64,000 nt of DNA. It comes from the human T2T-CHM13v2.0 reference genome, Homo sapiens. Every line of letters begins with the position of its first letter. Position 1 is the first letter of the stretch. Below the pieces are notes generated by a model. The model searched no databases and was not told where the DNA came from. It saw only the letters and a program-made list of their open reading frames with translations. A program made the translations under genes and the position numbers. Shown here one piece after another: positions 40,622 through 56,100 of this stretch. The stretch lies in the NCBI RefSeq assembly GCF_009914755.1, contig NC_060928.1. One strand, given 5' to 3'.

Positions 40622-43527
40622 TTAAAAATATTTATTTCAATAGCTTTATGAGTACAAGTGGTTTTTACTTACAATTGATTATATATGTGTATATATGCAC
40701 AAATATATGTACATATATATGTGAATACACACATACATACACATATATACACACACACCCACAACATTTTTTTAATCCTCTCATTGGCTGATGAGCACTT
40801 AGGTTGATTCCACGTCTTTGCAATTGTGAATTGTGCTGCAATAAACACACAAGTGCAGATGCCTTTTTATATGACTTATTTTCCTTGGGTGAATACCCAG
40901 TAGAGGGACTGCTGATCAAATGGTAGGTCTATTTTTAGTTCTTTGAGAAATCTCTATACTGTTTTCCGTAGAGGTTGTGCTAATTTACATTCCCATCAAT
41001 TGTGTTTTAAGCATTCTTTTTTCACCACAACTTCACCAACATCTATAGGTTTTTGACTTTTTAAGAATAGCATTCTGACTTGGGTAAAGTGGCATCTCAC
41101 TGTGGTTTTAATTTGCATTTTCCTTATGATTAGTGATGTTGAGGATTTTACTATATGTTTGTTGTCCATTCATATATCTTCTTTTGAGAAATATCTGTTC
41201 ATGTCATTTGCCTAATATATAATGGGATTTGTTTCTTTCTTGCTGATTTGTTTTAGATCCTTGGCAAATTCTGGATGTCAGTCCTTTGCAAGGTATATGG
41301 TTGTGAATATTTTCTTTCATTCTTTAGGTTGTTTGTTTACTCTATGGATTATTTATTTTGCTGGCAGAAAAGTTTTAATTTAATTAAGTCCCATTTATTT
41401 ATTTTTCTTTTTGTTGCATTTGCTTTTGGGATCTTAGTCATAAATTCTTTGTCTAGGCCAATGTCTAGAAGAGTTTTTCCTAACCTTTCTTTTAGAATTT
41501 TTATGGATTCAGGTCTTACATTTAAGACTTTAATCTATCTTGCGTTAATTTTTGTCTATGATGAGAGATAGGGATCAAGTTTCATTCTTTTTCATGAACA
41601 CCATTTATGGAATAGAGTGTACCTTCTCCAGTATGTGTTTTTGTGTGTTTTGTCAAGGATCAGTTGGTTGTAGGTATTTGACTTTATTTCTAGGTTCTCT
41701 ATTCTGTTCCGTTGGTCTATGTGTGTACTTTTATACCTGTGTCATACTGTTTTGGTTACCATAGCCTTCTAGTATAATTTGAAGTTGGGTAGTGTGATGC
41801 CTCTGGCTTTGTTCTTTTTGCTTAAGATTTCTTTGGCTATTTTGGCTCCATTTTGCTTTCAGATAAATTTAAGGATATTTTTTCCTTATTCTTTGAAAAA
41901 CGACATTGGTATTTTGATAGGAATTGTATTGAATCTGTAGATTGTTTTGAGCAGTACAGTCATTTTCACAATATTGATTGGTGCTATCCATGAACATGGA
42001 ATTTTTTTTCATTTGTTTGTTTCAACTGTGATTTCTTTCAGCAGTGTTTTTTAGTTCTCCTTGTAGAGATTCATCATCACTTTGGTTATGTATATTCCTA
42101 GGGATTAATCTTTTGCAGCCATTGTAAATGGGATCGAGTTCTTGATTTGATTCTCAGCTTGGCTGTTATTGGTGTATAGCAATGCTACTGATTTGTATAA
42201 GTTGATTTTGTAACCTGAGACTTTACTGAATTCATTAATCAAATCTAGAAGTCTTTTGGAGGAGACTTTGAGGTTTTCAAGGTATAAGATTATATCATCA
42301 GCAAACAGAGATAGTTTGACTTACTCTTTTCCAATTTGGATGCCCTTTACTTCTTTCCCTTGCCTTATTATTCTGGCTACCATGTCCAGTTCGGTGTTGA
42401 ATAGAAGTAGTGAAAGTGGGCATCCTTGTCTGTTCTAGCTCTGAGGGGGAATGCTTTCAACTTTTCTCTATTCAGTATTATGTTAGTTATATGTTTGTCA
42501 TATATGGCATTTATTATTTTAAGGTATATTCCTTCTATGCCTAGTTTGTTAAAGTTGTTTTATATGAAAACATGCTGAATTTTATCAAATGTTTCTTTCT
42601 ACATATATTGAAATGATCATATAGTTTTTAATACTGTTTACGTGGTAATCACATTTATTAATGCGTGTATGTTGAACCATCTTTTCATCCCTGGATGAAA
42701 CACACTTGATTGTGTTGAATTATCGTTTTGATATGGTGTTGGATTTGGATTGCTAGTATTATGTTGAGTATTTTTGCATCTATATTCATCAGGAACATTG
42801 GTCTGCACTTTTCTTTCTTTGTTGTGTCCTTTTCTGGCTTTGATATCAGAGTGATACAGGCTTCATAGAATGAATTAGCGAGGACTCCTTCCTTTTCAAT
42901 ATTTTGTAACAGTTTCAGTAGGATTGGTGTAAGTTCTTCTTTGAATATCTGACAGAATTTGGCTGTCAATTCTGGCTTTTTTGTTGTTGTTGGGAGATTT
43001 TTTTATTACTGATTCAATCTCGTTACCCATTATTGATCTGTTTAAGATTCCTATTTCTTCCTGATTCAAGCTTGGAGGATTGTATCTTTCCAGGAATTTA
43101 TCAATTTCCTCTAGATTTTCCAGTTTGTGTGCACAGAGATGTTCTTAGTAATTGTGGGCAATCTTTTGTATTTCTGTGTTATCAGTTGTACTGTTTCCAC
43201 ATTCATTTCTGATTGAGTTTTATTTGAAACTTTCTCTTTTTTGGGTTAACCTAGCTAGTGGTCTATCAATCTGGTTATCTTTTCAAAGAGCCAGCTTTTA
43301 ATTTCATTCATCCTTTGTATTAATTTTTTGTTTTAATTTTATTTAATTGTGGTCTGATTGTTATTTTTCTTTTTGATAGCTTTGGGTTTGGTTTCTTCTT
43401 ATTTTTCTAGTTCCTTGAGGTATGATATAAGGTTGTCAATTTGTGATCTTTCTATCTTTTTGATATAGGCATTTATCTCTAGAAACTTCACTCTTAGCAC
43501 TGCTTTTGCTGTATTCCAGAGATTTTG
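40622..43527 (-). mobile_element. L1PB-like, 5'-truncated, part of 3'UTR deleted
   Basis: 3' end ttatttcaatagcttt...gtacaagtggttttt; ORF2 peptide [36 protein letters not shown]; TSD-like atttatctaacat / atttataaacat. Confidence 0.88.
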
Positions 43528-43850
43528 AGAGATTTATAAACATCAATATAAAATGAAAGATTTCAAATCAATACCCTAACATTCCACCTTAACAAATAAT
43601 AAAAATAAAAAAGCAAACTAAATTCAAAGCAAGCAGAATAAAGAAAAAATAAACGTTAAATAACTGAAATCAAGAATAGACAAGTAATACAGAAAATCAA
43701 TAAAACCAGAAGTTGTTTCTTTAAAAAGGCCAACAACATTAATTAGACTAAGAAAAGAAAAAGAAGATTCAAATTGCAAAAATGAGCAATAAAAGTTAGA
43801 CATCATTACCCGTCTTGCAGAAATAAAAAGGATTAAAAGAGAACACCATG

Positions 43851-44238
<388 letters not shown>

Positions 44239-44931
44239 TCAAGAAAAAGTGTAAAATCTAATTCAGATTCAAGAAAGTAGCAGACAATCCATTGAATGGG
44301 GGAATCTCTTAAAACTCAACTGTAGAAAGTCAAATAACTCAATTAAAAATGGACAAATCAATTGAGTGTATACTTCCTCAAAGAAGATATACAAAAGCCA
44401 GTGGTTACATCAAAAATGCTCAACATTATTAATCACTAGGAAAATGTGAATCAAAATCAAAATGAGATATTACTTCACTTTCACTGGAATATATAAAATA
44501 AATAATGGACAATAACAAATATCGACTGGGACGCAGAAAAATTTGAACCCTGGTAGAAATGCGAAATGGTACAACCACTGTGGAAAACAGCTTGGCAGTT
44601 CCATAAAAAGTTAACCATGGAGGTGCCATATGATCCAAAAATTTATCTTCTAGATATATAAGAAATGAAAACATATATCCCCATAAAACGTTGTATAAAA
44701 ATATTTATATAGCAACATTATTTATAATAGCCAAAAAGCAAAAGCAATTCAATGTTTATCAACTGATGAAAGAATAAATAAAATGCTGTGTGTTCATACA
44801 ATGGAATTTTTTTTGCACTAAAAAAGAATGAAGCACTGATACATACTACAACACAAATGAACCTTTAAAATATTATGCTACATGAAAAAATCCAGTCACA
44901 AAAGACCGCATGTATAATTACATTTATATAA

Positions 44932-45334
<403 letters not shown>

Positions 45335-45991
45335 TGAGAAATGGATTTTCTCGAGGGGGCAGTAGAAATGCCCTAAAATTAGACAAGTGGTTATGTTTGC
45401 ACAACTCTCAATATATGAAAACATTTTCATTGTACTTGATAGGATAAAATTCATGATACACATGTTTTATCTCAATAAAGCTACAGAAAAATAATAAGCA
45501 ATGGACCAGATCTGATCCATGGGTCATAGTTTACAAACTCTTATTTTAGAATGATGCTTAGTATATAATAGTGCTATATGAATGTCTGTTCAGTGAATAA
45601 ATAAAGTATCCTGTGCCTTCAAAAAAATCACAAGTTGGCGTTACGCAGGCAATGAAGTAAGGCCATGGCACTTCAGGCATTGTGAGAGTATGAATGAAGG
45701 CACAGAGGTAAAATTAATGGAGTGTGTATGGAGAACCATGGTTCAGTGTGCACAGACCAATAGTGTAGAATAAGCACTCTCTGGAAAAAAGAGAGGAGAG
45801 ATAGAAGGAATCACAGGATGAAAGAAAGGCCTTATGCCATGTAGGGAGTAAAGATAGAACACCATTGCAGCAATGATAGGGAGTTGTTGACAATAATGAT
45901 AGAGATGGAAGAACAATGACAAGGAATTATTACAATGATGATAGGGATAGAAAAGGGAGATGGGCTTAAGAAATATAGAACACATATAAAA

Positions 45992-48680
45992 CCCTGAATA
46001 GACCAATAACAAGTTCTGAAATTGAGGCAGTAATTAATAGCCTACCAGCCAAAAAAGCCCTGGACCAGACAGATGCACAGCGGAATTCTACCAGAGGTAC
46101 AAAGAGGAGCTGGTACCATTCCCACTGAAACTACTCCTAACAATAGAAATAGAGGGACACCTCCCTAACTCATTTCATGAGGCCAGCATCATCCTGATAC
46201 CAAAACCTGGCAGAGACAGAACAACAACAACGACAAATTTTAGGCCAATATCCCTGATGAAAATCCTCAACAAAATCCTGGCAAACCAAATCCAGCAGCA
46301 CATCAAAAAGTTTATCCACCAGGATCAAGTCAGCTTCATCCCTGGGACGCAAGTCTGGTTTAACATATGCAAATCAATATACATAATCCATCTCATAAAC
46401 AAAACCACTGACAAAAACCACACGACTATCTCAATAGATGCAGAAAAGGCCTTTGATAAAATTCAACATTGCTTCATGCTAAAAACTCTCAATAAACTGG
46501 TATTGATAGAACATATCTCAAAATAATAAGAGCTATTTATGACAAACCCATACACAATATCATACCGAATGCACAAAAGCTGGAACAATTCCCTGTGAAA
46601 ACTGGCACAAGACAAAAATGCCCTCTCTCGCCACTCCTATTCAACATAGTATTGGAAGTTCTGGCCAGGGCAATCAGGCAAGAGAAAGAAATAAATGGTA
46701 TTCATATAGGAAGAGAGGAAGTCAAATTGTCTCTGTTTGCAGATGACATTATTGTATATTTAGAAAACCCCGTCGTCTCAGCCCAAAAACTCCTTAAGCT
46801 ATTAAGCAACTTCAGCAAATTCTCAGGATACAAAATCAATGTGCAAAAAATCACAAACATTCCTATATACCAATAAGACACAAGCAGAAAGCCAAATCAT
46901 GAGTGAACTCCCATTCACAATTGCTACAAAGAGAATAAAATACCTAGGAATACAACTTACAAGGGACATGAAGGACCTCTTCAGGGAGAACTATAAACCA
47001 CCGCTCAAGGAAATAAGGGAGGACACAAACAAATGGAAAAACATTCCATGCTCATAGATAGGAAGAATCAGTATTGTGAAAATGGAGATACTGCCCAAAA
47101 TAATTTATAGATTTAATGCTATTCCCATCAAGCTACCATTGACTTTCTTCATAGAATTATGAAAAACTACTTCAAATTTCACATGGAACCAAAAAAGAAC
47201 CTGAATAGCCAAGACAATCCTAAGTAAAAAGAACAAAGCTGGAAGCCTCATGCTACCTGACTTCAAACTATACTACAAGGCTACAGTAACCTAAACAGCA
47301 TGGTACTGGTGCCAAAACAGATATATAGACCAACGGAACAGAACAGAGATCTCAGAAATAATGCCACAAGTCTACAACAATCTGATCTTCCACAAAACTG
47401 ACAAAAACAACAGGGAGAGAATTCCCTATTTAAGAAATGGTGCTGGGAAAACTGGCAGAAAATTGGACCCCTTCCTCACAACTTACACAAAAATTAACTC
47501 AAGATGGGTTAAAGAATTAAATGTGAAACCTAAAACCATAAAAACCCTAGAAGAAAATGGAGGCAATATCATTCAGGATGTAGGCATGGACAAAGACTTC
47601 GTGAGTAAAACACCAAAAGCAATTGCAACAAAAGCCAAAATTGACAACTGGGATCTAATTAAAGAGCTTCTGCACAGCAAAAGAAATGATCATCCTGGTG
47701 AATGGGCAACCTACAGAATGGAAGAAAATTTTTACAATCTGTCCATCTGACAAAGGGCTAATATTCAGAATCTACAAGGAACTTATACAAATTTACAAGA
47801 AAAATACAAACAACTCCATCAAAAAGTGAGCAAAGGATATGAACAGACACGTCTCAAAAGAAGACATTTACACAGCCAACAAACATATGAAAGAAAGCTC
47901 ATTATCACTAGTCATTATAGAAATGCAAATCAAAACCACAATGAGATACCATCTCACACCAGTTAGAATGGTGATTATTAAAAAGTCAGGAAACAACAGA
48001 TGCTGGAGAGGATGTACAGAAATAGGAACACTTTTACACTGTTGGGGGAGGTGTAAATTAGTTCAACCATTGTGGAAGACAGTGTGGCAATTTCTCAAGG
48101 ATCTAGAACTAGAAATACCATTTGACCCAGCCATCCCATTACTGGGTTTATACCCAAAGGATTATAAATCATTCTACTATAAAGACACAGGCACACATAT
48201 GTTTATTGCAGCACTATTTACAATAGCAAAGACTTGGAACCAACCCAAATGCCCATCAATGATAGACTGGATAAAGAAAATGTGGCACATATACACCATG
48301 GAATACTATACAGCCTTAAAAATGAAAGAGTTCATGTCCTTTTCAGGGACATGGATGAAGCTGGAAACCACCATCCTCAGCAAACTAACACAGGAAGAGA
48401 AAACCAAACACTGCATGTTCTCACTCATAAGTGGGAGTTGAACAATGAAAACACATGAACACAAGGAGGGGAACATCACACACGGGCCTGTCGTGGGGGT
48501 GAGGGACAAGGGGAGGGAGAGCATTAAGACAAATACCTAATGCATGTGGGGCTTAAAATCTAGATGATTGGTTGATAGGTGCAACAAACCACCATGACAC
48601 ATGTATACGTATGTCACAAACTTGTACATTCTGCACATGTATCCCAGAACTTAAAGTAAAATAAAATAAAAATAAAAATA
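45992..48680 (+). mobile_element. L1PA7/8-like, 5'-truncated (~2.7 kb)
   Basis: ORF2 RT region ([31 protein letters not shown]), C-terminus, 3'UTR and A-rich tail. Confidence 0.95.
47839..48441 (+). pseudogene. Open remnant of the L1 ORF2 C-terminus including the cysteine-rich region
   Basis: 200-aa ORF: [41 protein letters not shown]; upstream ORF2 is frameshifted and truncated. Confidence 0.9.
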
Positions 48681-51335
48681 TATAAAAGACAAAAAAGGTT
48701 ACGTTTGTCGATAGATGAAATTTGAAGAGTAACAGAAAGAGAAGCATCTAGAGAATCCAAGATAACTCCCATCTTCAATTAAAGCCTTTAATCCTTCTTC
48801 ATTCAGTCTCACAGGAAAAAAAAAATCATATATGAAGTAAAAGATGTACACATGCACCCCAAATGTGTGCTAAGTGTGGGATAAAATAAGAATATTCACA
48901 TAAAGAAAAAAATCTAAATCAAGGGTATTATTGGCAGGAGGTGGGAGTACAGGGTTATTGTAGGAACTCGAATCTAAATGCCCTGAAATTCCAAGAGTAT
49001 CATCATGGCTTTGGCTAGAGATTTAGTGTATTCACTCTTGAAGAGAGGAAGAAATACCTGCAAACACACGCACACACACGCAAGGAGCTCAAAGCCCAAA
49101 TTCTTAATTTATGCCTATCAAGGATCCATAAAGCAATACAAACCTTCCAATCTTCAGATAATTTCTTGCTCCCTGCAGAGGTTGTTCAGCAGTGCTGAGC
49201 TGACCTTCAGACGAAAAGCTATTAGGAGGTCCATGAAATGCAATATCAGGAAACCATATGACTTCACAAATGTTTTTGTATGTTTCTCCAGAAATCCTTA
49301 CTAATTTAGAAATTCTAGTTAATTTCTTTATGTAATTATACATGATTTTGCAATGGACACAGCAGTGATCTATTTGTAATTTTGTTTTTCAATAAATTTA
49401 GAGTGAGCAAAAAGAAAACGGATACAATGAAGTATTGTCAGGAAAATTATTGATAGGGCTTGTTCTGCTGTTAATTTTAATTGTCCTAATTAATCTGGGC
49501 TCACCCAGACCTGTCTTCTGATTCTGCCATTAATTAGTGGTTTGACCTTAAGCAAGTTAGTTTTTCTTTATCTGTCAAATGAAGGAGTTGAACTAGAGCA
49601 TCTTCTAAGATTCCTTTCACCTCCAACAATATTTGTATTTCTGAAATAGGAATTAAACTGTTAGTTGTAATCTAACATGTTAAATTTCTTTGCCCCACCA
49701 TACTAACTATAGTAACTGAATCACTAATAAACTAATCACTAAAAAACAGCCGAGAAAATGTTTCAGTTTAGGTTCCGGGAGAGAGTAAATGGGTATTCAG
49801 TTTTTAAACTGCATGCTTCAGAAGTTTTTATAGAATACCTAATAGAAATGTGTTTTCAAAGAAACCTGGATGATTTATTTTTATCAACCTAAAACTGCTC
49901 TGCGTGTATCTTCTAGCCCTGTGTAGCCAATGTAGATGTATGTCATGTTGTGAAAGAGTGTCCTTGATTATAGAATCCTGTTCCCAAATTCCACTTATCA
50001 CATGGTAAATACTCTGCAGTAGTTGTTTGACAAGTGGTATTATTATCTCCATTAAGTGATTCAGTTGGAAGTTATGCTTTCATTACTATATAAATGCATT
50101 TAAACAATGACCCATTTGCAAATAGGCATGTCCATAACTATGAGAGTAGATAATACCAATATTGCATTTCCTCTGACTTCAGCCAAGCATAAATGCGACA
50201 AATGGGTTTATCGCTCCACTCTCGTGTTCAGCTAAAATTAGAGATTTAAATTTGAATGGTACTAAATGGCTCTCTACCCTCAGGTAGCACTCCCTTGACC
50301 ATCTGCCAATGTGCACGTTTCCTAATATAGAACACCGCTCTTGCTGGCAAATTCGTTTCCTCAATTTTCCAGAGGCTACAGAAAAACTCAGCAAAGCATA
50401 GGCTCTAGCCTCCTCTTAGAAGTAGTAGATACCTTAAACAATGAAAATCATCTGTTTCCTTGAAAAATTAAAATACGATTTGGCATACATATTTTCTTTG
50501 GGTAGAGCCTTACCTTGGTAACATGCTCAGTGGTTAACTATTTATTTGAATCATTTGGGAGTGTTTTGAAGACAGATGAGCTTAAATCACATCTTTAAAC
50601 AAAGCAAAATAAATTTAGACTTCATCAAACATCTGTTAATTTTTGATACATACTGAATCCATTAAGTTAATTCACCTTATGGAGTAACTCACAAGAAGCT
50701 CTCAGCACAACACAGAAGACAAGAACATTCAGTTATGCAAATTATTTCCACTTAAACTGTGCCCGGTGAACAACAGAAAGAATAAGTGATTCAAAATGAA
50801 TGCTAATCACCTTTGCATCTACTGAGCGAGGGCCGACAATGTCAGATTTTCTGCAGGATTTGGAAATGACAGTGTCTTTGAGGGTAGAATCCCTGCCAGG
50901 TCATCCATATGATGGAGAACTATTCTTAGTTTCCAGTAGGTCCTCCACTTAAATCTACTTAGTGGGTGACCATTTTCCTTTGCTAGGATATTAGGATGAG
51001 TTGAGATAATTAAACAATACCTGATAATTTTTCTCAAAGTATTCAGTTTGGACCAAATTAAAAGTTGGCTGCAATTTATTCCCTTGCACTGTAGCTAAAA
51101 TCACCTTTGGTCCTTTGTAACTGAGTGGGAGATACTGGTCACTGCTACTTCGCAGCAGCCTCAAGAATCTCTGGGTTAGAAAGAAATCATTCCTGACTTC
51201 TTGTGAGATCTCAGATTTTATTAATCATGACCAAGAAGGTGATTCTACAGCTAAAAACTTTGATACCAAGGGTCATAGTGGGCTTTAGTACATCTGAAAA
51301 GCTCTGGTGTGCTTAGAGTAGCAAATTCTGGCTCA

Positions 51336-51517
<182 letters not shown>

Positions 51518-51907
51518 GACTAGTTTTAATATACTTACACAAAACAAAAAAGCTATCCCCTCCATTCCCTTCCTTTCCCTTGGGTTTTTTTTTTTTAGAG
51601 TAGTTTTAATGTATTGAGGACTTACTTTTAAGCCAGATGCTGTATCAAACATTATTTAATTTTCTTTAATCTTCAGAATGACATTATAAAACAGAAAATT
51701 TTATATTCATTCTACATTTGAGGAATCTTGGGCTCTGAGAGTTTAAGTTATTTACACCAAAAGCAAGGCTAGAGTTTGGATTTGAATCCTGATCTGAATG
51801 ACTTCCAAAGTCCACGATGGTTCCAATGTGCTACCCCAGTCCCCACATAGCAGGAATGAGCTATGTTTGCCCTGACCCCAAGGCCGTAAGGTTCCTTCCT
51901 CTACCCC

Positions 51908-52263
51908 TGTTATAGTTCATCCAGGATGCTACAACAACGTACTATAGACTGAGTGGCTTGTAAACAACAAAGATTTATTTCTTACCATTCTGGAGGCTAG
52001 AAGTCTCAGATCAGGGTACCAGCATAGCTACTTTCTGGTAAGGGCCCTCTTCTGAGTTGCAGATTTTCTACTTTTTGTGGTATTCTTCCATGGTAGGAAA
52101 AGAGCAAGCTAGCTCTCTGGCCTTGTATGCAATCACTAATCCCATTCATGAGGGCTCCACTCTCATGTTCTCATTACCTCCTTAAGGCTTCATCTCCAAG
52201 TAGCATTAGGGATTAGACTTTAATATATGAATTTCAAAAGACATAAACATTTATTTCATAACA
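51908..52263 (-). mobile_element. MLT1A-type LTR
   Basis: ctatagactgagtggcttgtaaacaaca...ttctggaggctagaagtc...catgagggctccactctcatg...cataaca. Confidence 0.88.
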
Positions 52264-52424
52264 TTGGAGCCAGGATTTGAACCCTGGCCAAATGACTTCT
52301 GAAGTCCATGCTGGTTTCAATGGCTACTTCACTGTCTGCCTAGCAAGTTATGATCACCCTGACCCCCAAGGCAGTAAAGTTTTTTTTTTCTACCTCTAGG
52401 TTTAGTCTGAAGTTTTAGTCTAGA

Positions 52425-52550
52425 GTTCAAAACTCACATGCCTTGACCCTTCTCAAAGAATTCTAATTCAGTGAATCTGGGAGCAGGCAGTTATAGTTTC
52501 CTAAAGTTCCCCAGTTGGTTCCAATGCATACTTCTAGTAGAGAACCACTG
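52425..52550. mobile_element. MER5A-like fragment
   Basis: attctaattcagt..atctggg...ccccag.tggttccaatgca...gagaaccactg. Confidence 0.5.
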
Positions 52551-52669
52551 ATCATATAATTTAGTGGTCCTATACCATGAAAGTCCATGTATACATTCTT
52601 AGACATTGTGAGATCTATAAAAAATTTTCAGTGTTGTCTTCCCATTTCAATAATATTTTTAAAAATTAC

Positions 52670-53105
52670 TGCTGTGTTTTGAATATGGTTTTTCCCCTCT
52701 GAAATTCATGTTGAAATTTGATTCCCAATGTAACTGTGTTGAGAAGTGGTGGGACCTTTAAGAAATATTTGTGTCATAAGGGCTTCATCTTCATGAAGGG
52801 ATTAATACCACTGTTATGGGACTGGGCTAATTCTCAAGAAAGTGAGTTCTCCCTCTTAAGGGTCTGGATTAGTTATGGCTGGGGTGGGTTATTATAAAGT
52901 GAGGCTGCCCCTCATGTTTTGCTCCTGTTGCACATGCCAATTCCCCTTTCTGCTTCTCCACCATGTATGATGTGGCATGAAGCCCTTACCAGAGCTGCCG
53001 CCATGCCCTTGGAATTTCAGCCTCCAGAACCATGAGCCAAACTTTTATTCTTTATCAATTACCCAGTCTCAGGCATTCTGTTATAGCAACAGAAAACTGA
53101 CTATT
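52670..53105 (+). mobile_element. MSTB/MSTD-like LTR
   Basis: aaattcatgttgaaatttgattcccaatg...cagcctccagaaccatgagccaa...ttctgttatagcaacagaaaa. Confidence 0.85.
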
Positions 53106-56100
53106 ACTCTAAGTCAATTCTGGATATGAATAACCAAGCCCTGCCAGCTGACTTTATCAATTTCTATTTGTTTCAACTTTGTAGCCATTCAACAAATATT
53201 TATGTTCCTAACATATGTCATGCAATGTACAATGATAAATAAGACAATAAGCACGTTTCCTGATTAGCAAAATGGTGTTAGAAATAGCAATTATCTCAAC
53301 TAATTTTCAACAAAGTTTCCAAGAACAAACAATGAGGGAAGGACAATCTCTTTAACAATTGGTGTTGAGAAAACTGGGTATCCATACGCAAAAGAATGAG
53401 ATTACACCATTATCTCACATCATACTTAAAAATCAACTAAAAATGAAGAGAAATGTAAACATAAGACCAAAAACTATAAAGCTACTAAAAGAAAGCATAG
53501 GAGAAAACTCCATGATACTGTCTGGGAAATTATTTCTAAGATAAGACTTCAACAGCTCCACAGGCAACAAAAGTAAAAACAGACAAATGAAACTGCATCA
53601 AACTAAAAAGTTTCTGCACAGCAAGGGAAACAATTAACAGTGTGAAGAGACAACCCACAGGAGATTGGAAGAAAATGTTTGCAAACCATACATATGATAA
53701 AGGTATAATATATAAAATATATAAGGAACTCAAGCAACTCAATAGCAATATAACAAATAACCCAATTTAAAAATGGGCAAAGAATCTGAGCAGACATTTC
53801 TCAAAGAAAGATATGAATAGCCAACAGACAAATGAAAAAAGTGCTCAACATTTCTCTAATCATCAGAGAAATGCAAATTAAAATCCCAATAAAATATCAC
53901 CTCATGCCGGTTAGCATAGCTATTATCAAAAAAACAGTCAAAAATGATCATGGCGGACCCGAAGCAGGAGTAGATTACAGCTCCGACTTGGACGGACAGA
54001 GCAGCATGTGAAGGCTTGCTCCAGAACGACTGCAAGAACAAACCAGGAATCCCAAGAGGACCTACAGACCCTCTGAAGGAAGCTTATATTCCTCCTGCAG
54101 GACCTGGGAGACACCCCAAATACTGCAAGTGCCCAAACTACAGAAGTGGAAATGGGATATTCTCCACTCCCGAACATACACTCCCACGGGGTGTGGGGAA
54201 ACTGAAGGTCTAGTTTGCCGGAGAAGTTTCTGACCTTACCTGGAGCTGAGTCAACTTAGAGAGCTGAGTGAAATGCAGGGGTGGAGGAGGCAGTGGGAAG
54301 GGCCCTGGGAGCTTGCTGGGTCCCCAGGCAGGCCATTCCTGCCTGGCACCACAGGGATCCTTTCGGGAGGGTGGCCAGAGGTGCGGGGAGATAACCACAG
54401 GGAGTAGGAGGTCTCCAGCTGAACGTTGTAACAATTTGAACCAGGTGAGAGGCCTCCTGGCCAGAACTCAGGGGAGGGTGTAAATCTAGCATGCAGACTC
54501 CACAGGTGGGGGAAGAACCAGAGCCCTTTTATCTCACGGCTGGGAGGCGGGCAGCCTGGGACAAGTTCTTAAGCCCTGCTCACCCACTGCCTGGAAATAG
54601 ACAGTGCTGTTGGGGGTGGCACAATGGGAGTGAGACCAGCCCTTCAGATTGTGTGGGAGTTGGGTGAAGCCTGCGACTGCTCGCTTTCCCCCACTTCCCT
54701 GACAACCTGCATGACTCAGCAGAGGCAGCCACAATCATCCTAAGTACACAATCCATTGACCTGGGAACCTCACTTCTATCCCCGACAGCAGCCACAGCAA
54801 GGCCTGCCCAAGGAGAGTCTGAGGTCAGACATGCCTATTCCTGCCCCCACCTGATGGTCCTTCCCTACCCACCCTGGTAGCTGAAGACAAAGGGCATATA
54901 CTCTTGGGAGTTCCAGGGCTCCACCCACCACCAGCTCCTCTCCATACTACCACAGCTGATGCTCTCTGGAAAGTGCCACCTCCCAGCAGGAGACCAACCA
55001 GCACAAAAATAGAACATTAAACTACCAAAGCCAAGAACCCTCGCAGAGTCCATTTTACTGCCCTTCCACCTTCACCAGAACAGGTGTTGGTATCCACAGC
55101 TGAGAGACCCACAGACAGTTCACATCACAGGACCCTGTGAAGACAACCCCCAGTACGAGCCTGGAGCCTGGTAGATTTACTGGGAGGCTAGACCTAGAAG
55201 GGAGACAACAATCACTGCAGTCTGGCTTTCAGGAAGCCACATCCATAGGAAAAAGAGGGGAGTACTACATCAATGGAACACCCTGTGGGATAAAAGAATC
55301 TGAACAACAGCCTTCAGCCCTAGACCTTCCCTCTGACAGAGCCTACCCAAATGAGAAGGAACCAGAAAACCAACCCTGGTAATATGTCAAAATAAGGCTC
55401 TTTAACAATCCCCCGCCAAAATCACATTAGCTCACCAGCAATGAATCCAAACAAAGAAGAAATTTCTGATTTACCTGAAAAACAATTCAGGAGATAATTA
55501 TTAAGCTAATCAGGAAAGCACCAGAGAAAGGCAAAGCCCAATGCAATGAAATCCAAAAAATGATACAAGAAATGAAGGGAGAAATATTCAAGAAAATAGA
55601 TAGCATAAATAAAAAAACAATCAAAACTTCAGGAAACTTTGGATATACTTATAGAAATGTGAAATGCTCTGGAAAGTCTCAGGAATAGAATTGAACAACT
55701 GGAAGAAAGAAATTCAGAGCTTGAAGACAGGTCTTTGAATTAACCCAATTCAACAAAGACAAAGAAAAAAGAGTAAGAAAATATGAAGAAAGTCTCTAAG
55801 AAGTCTGGGATTATGTTAAATGACCAAACCTAAGAATAATCAGTATTCATTAGGAAGAAGAGAAATCTAAAATTTGGAAAACATATTTGAGGGGATAATT
55901 GAGGAAAACTTCCCCAGCCTTGCTGGAGACCTAGATATCTAAATACATGAAGCACAAAGAACACCTGGGAAGTTCATCACAAAAAGGTCATCACCTAGGC
56001 ACATTGTCGTCAGGTTATCTAAAGTTAAAGTGAAAGAAAGAATCTTAAGAGCTGTGAGGCAAAAGTACCAGGTAACCTATAAAGAAAAACCTATCAGATT

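Noticed and set aside
47839-48441. 200-aa ORF as a host or domesticated gene
   Set aside because: It is the ordinary L1 ORF2 C-terminus of a truncated L1PA; an open stretch this long is expected at this age.
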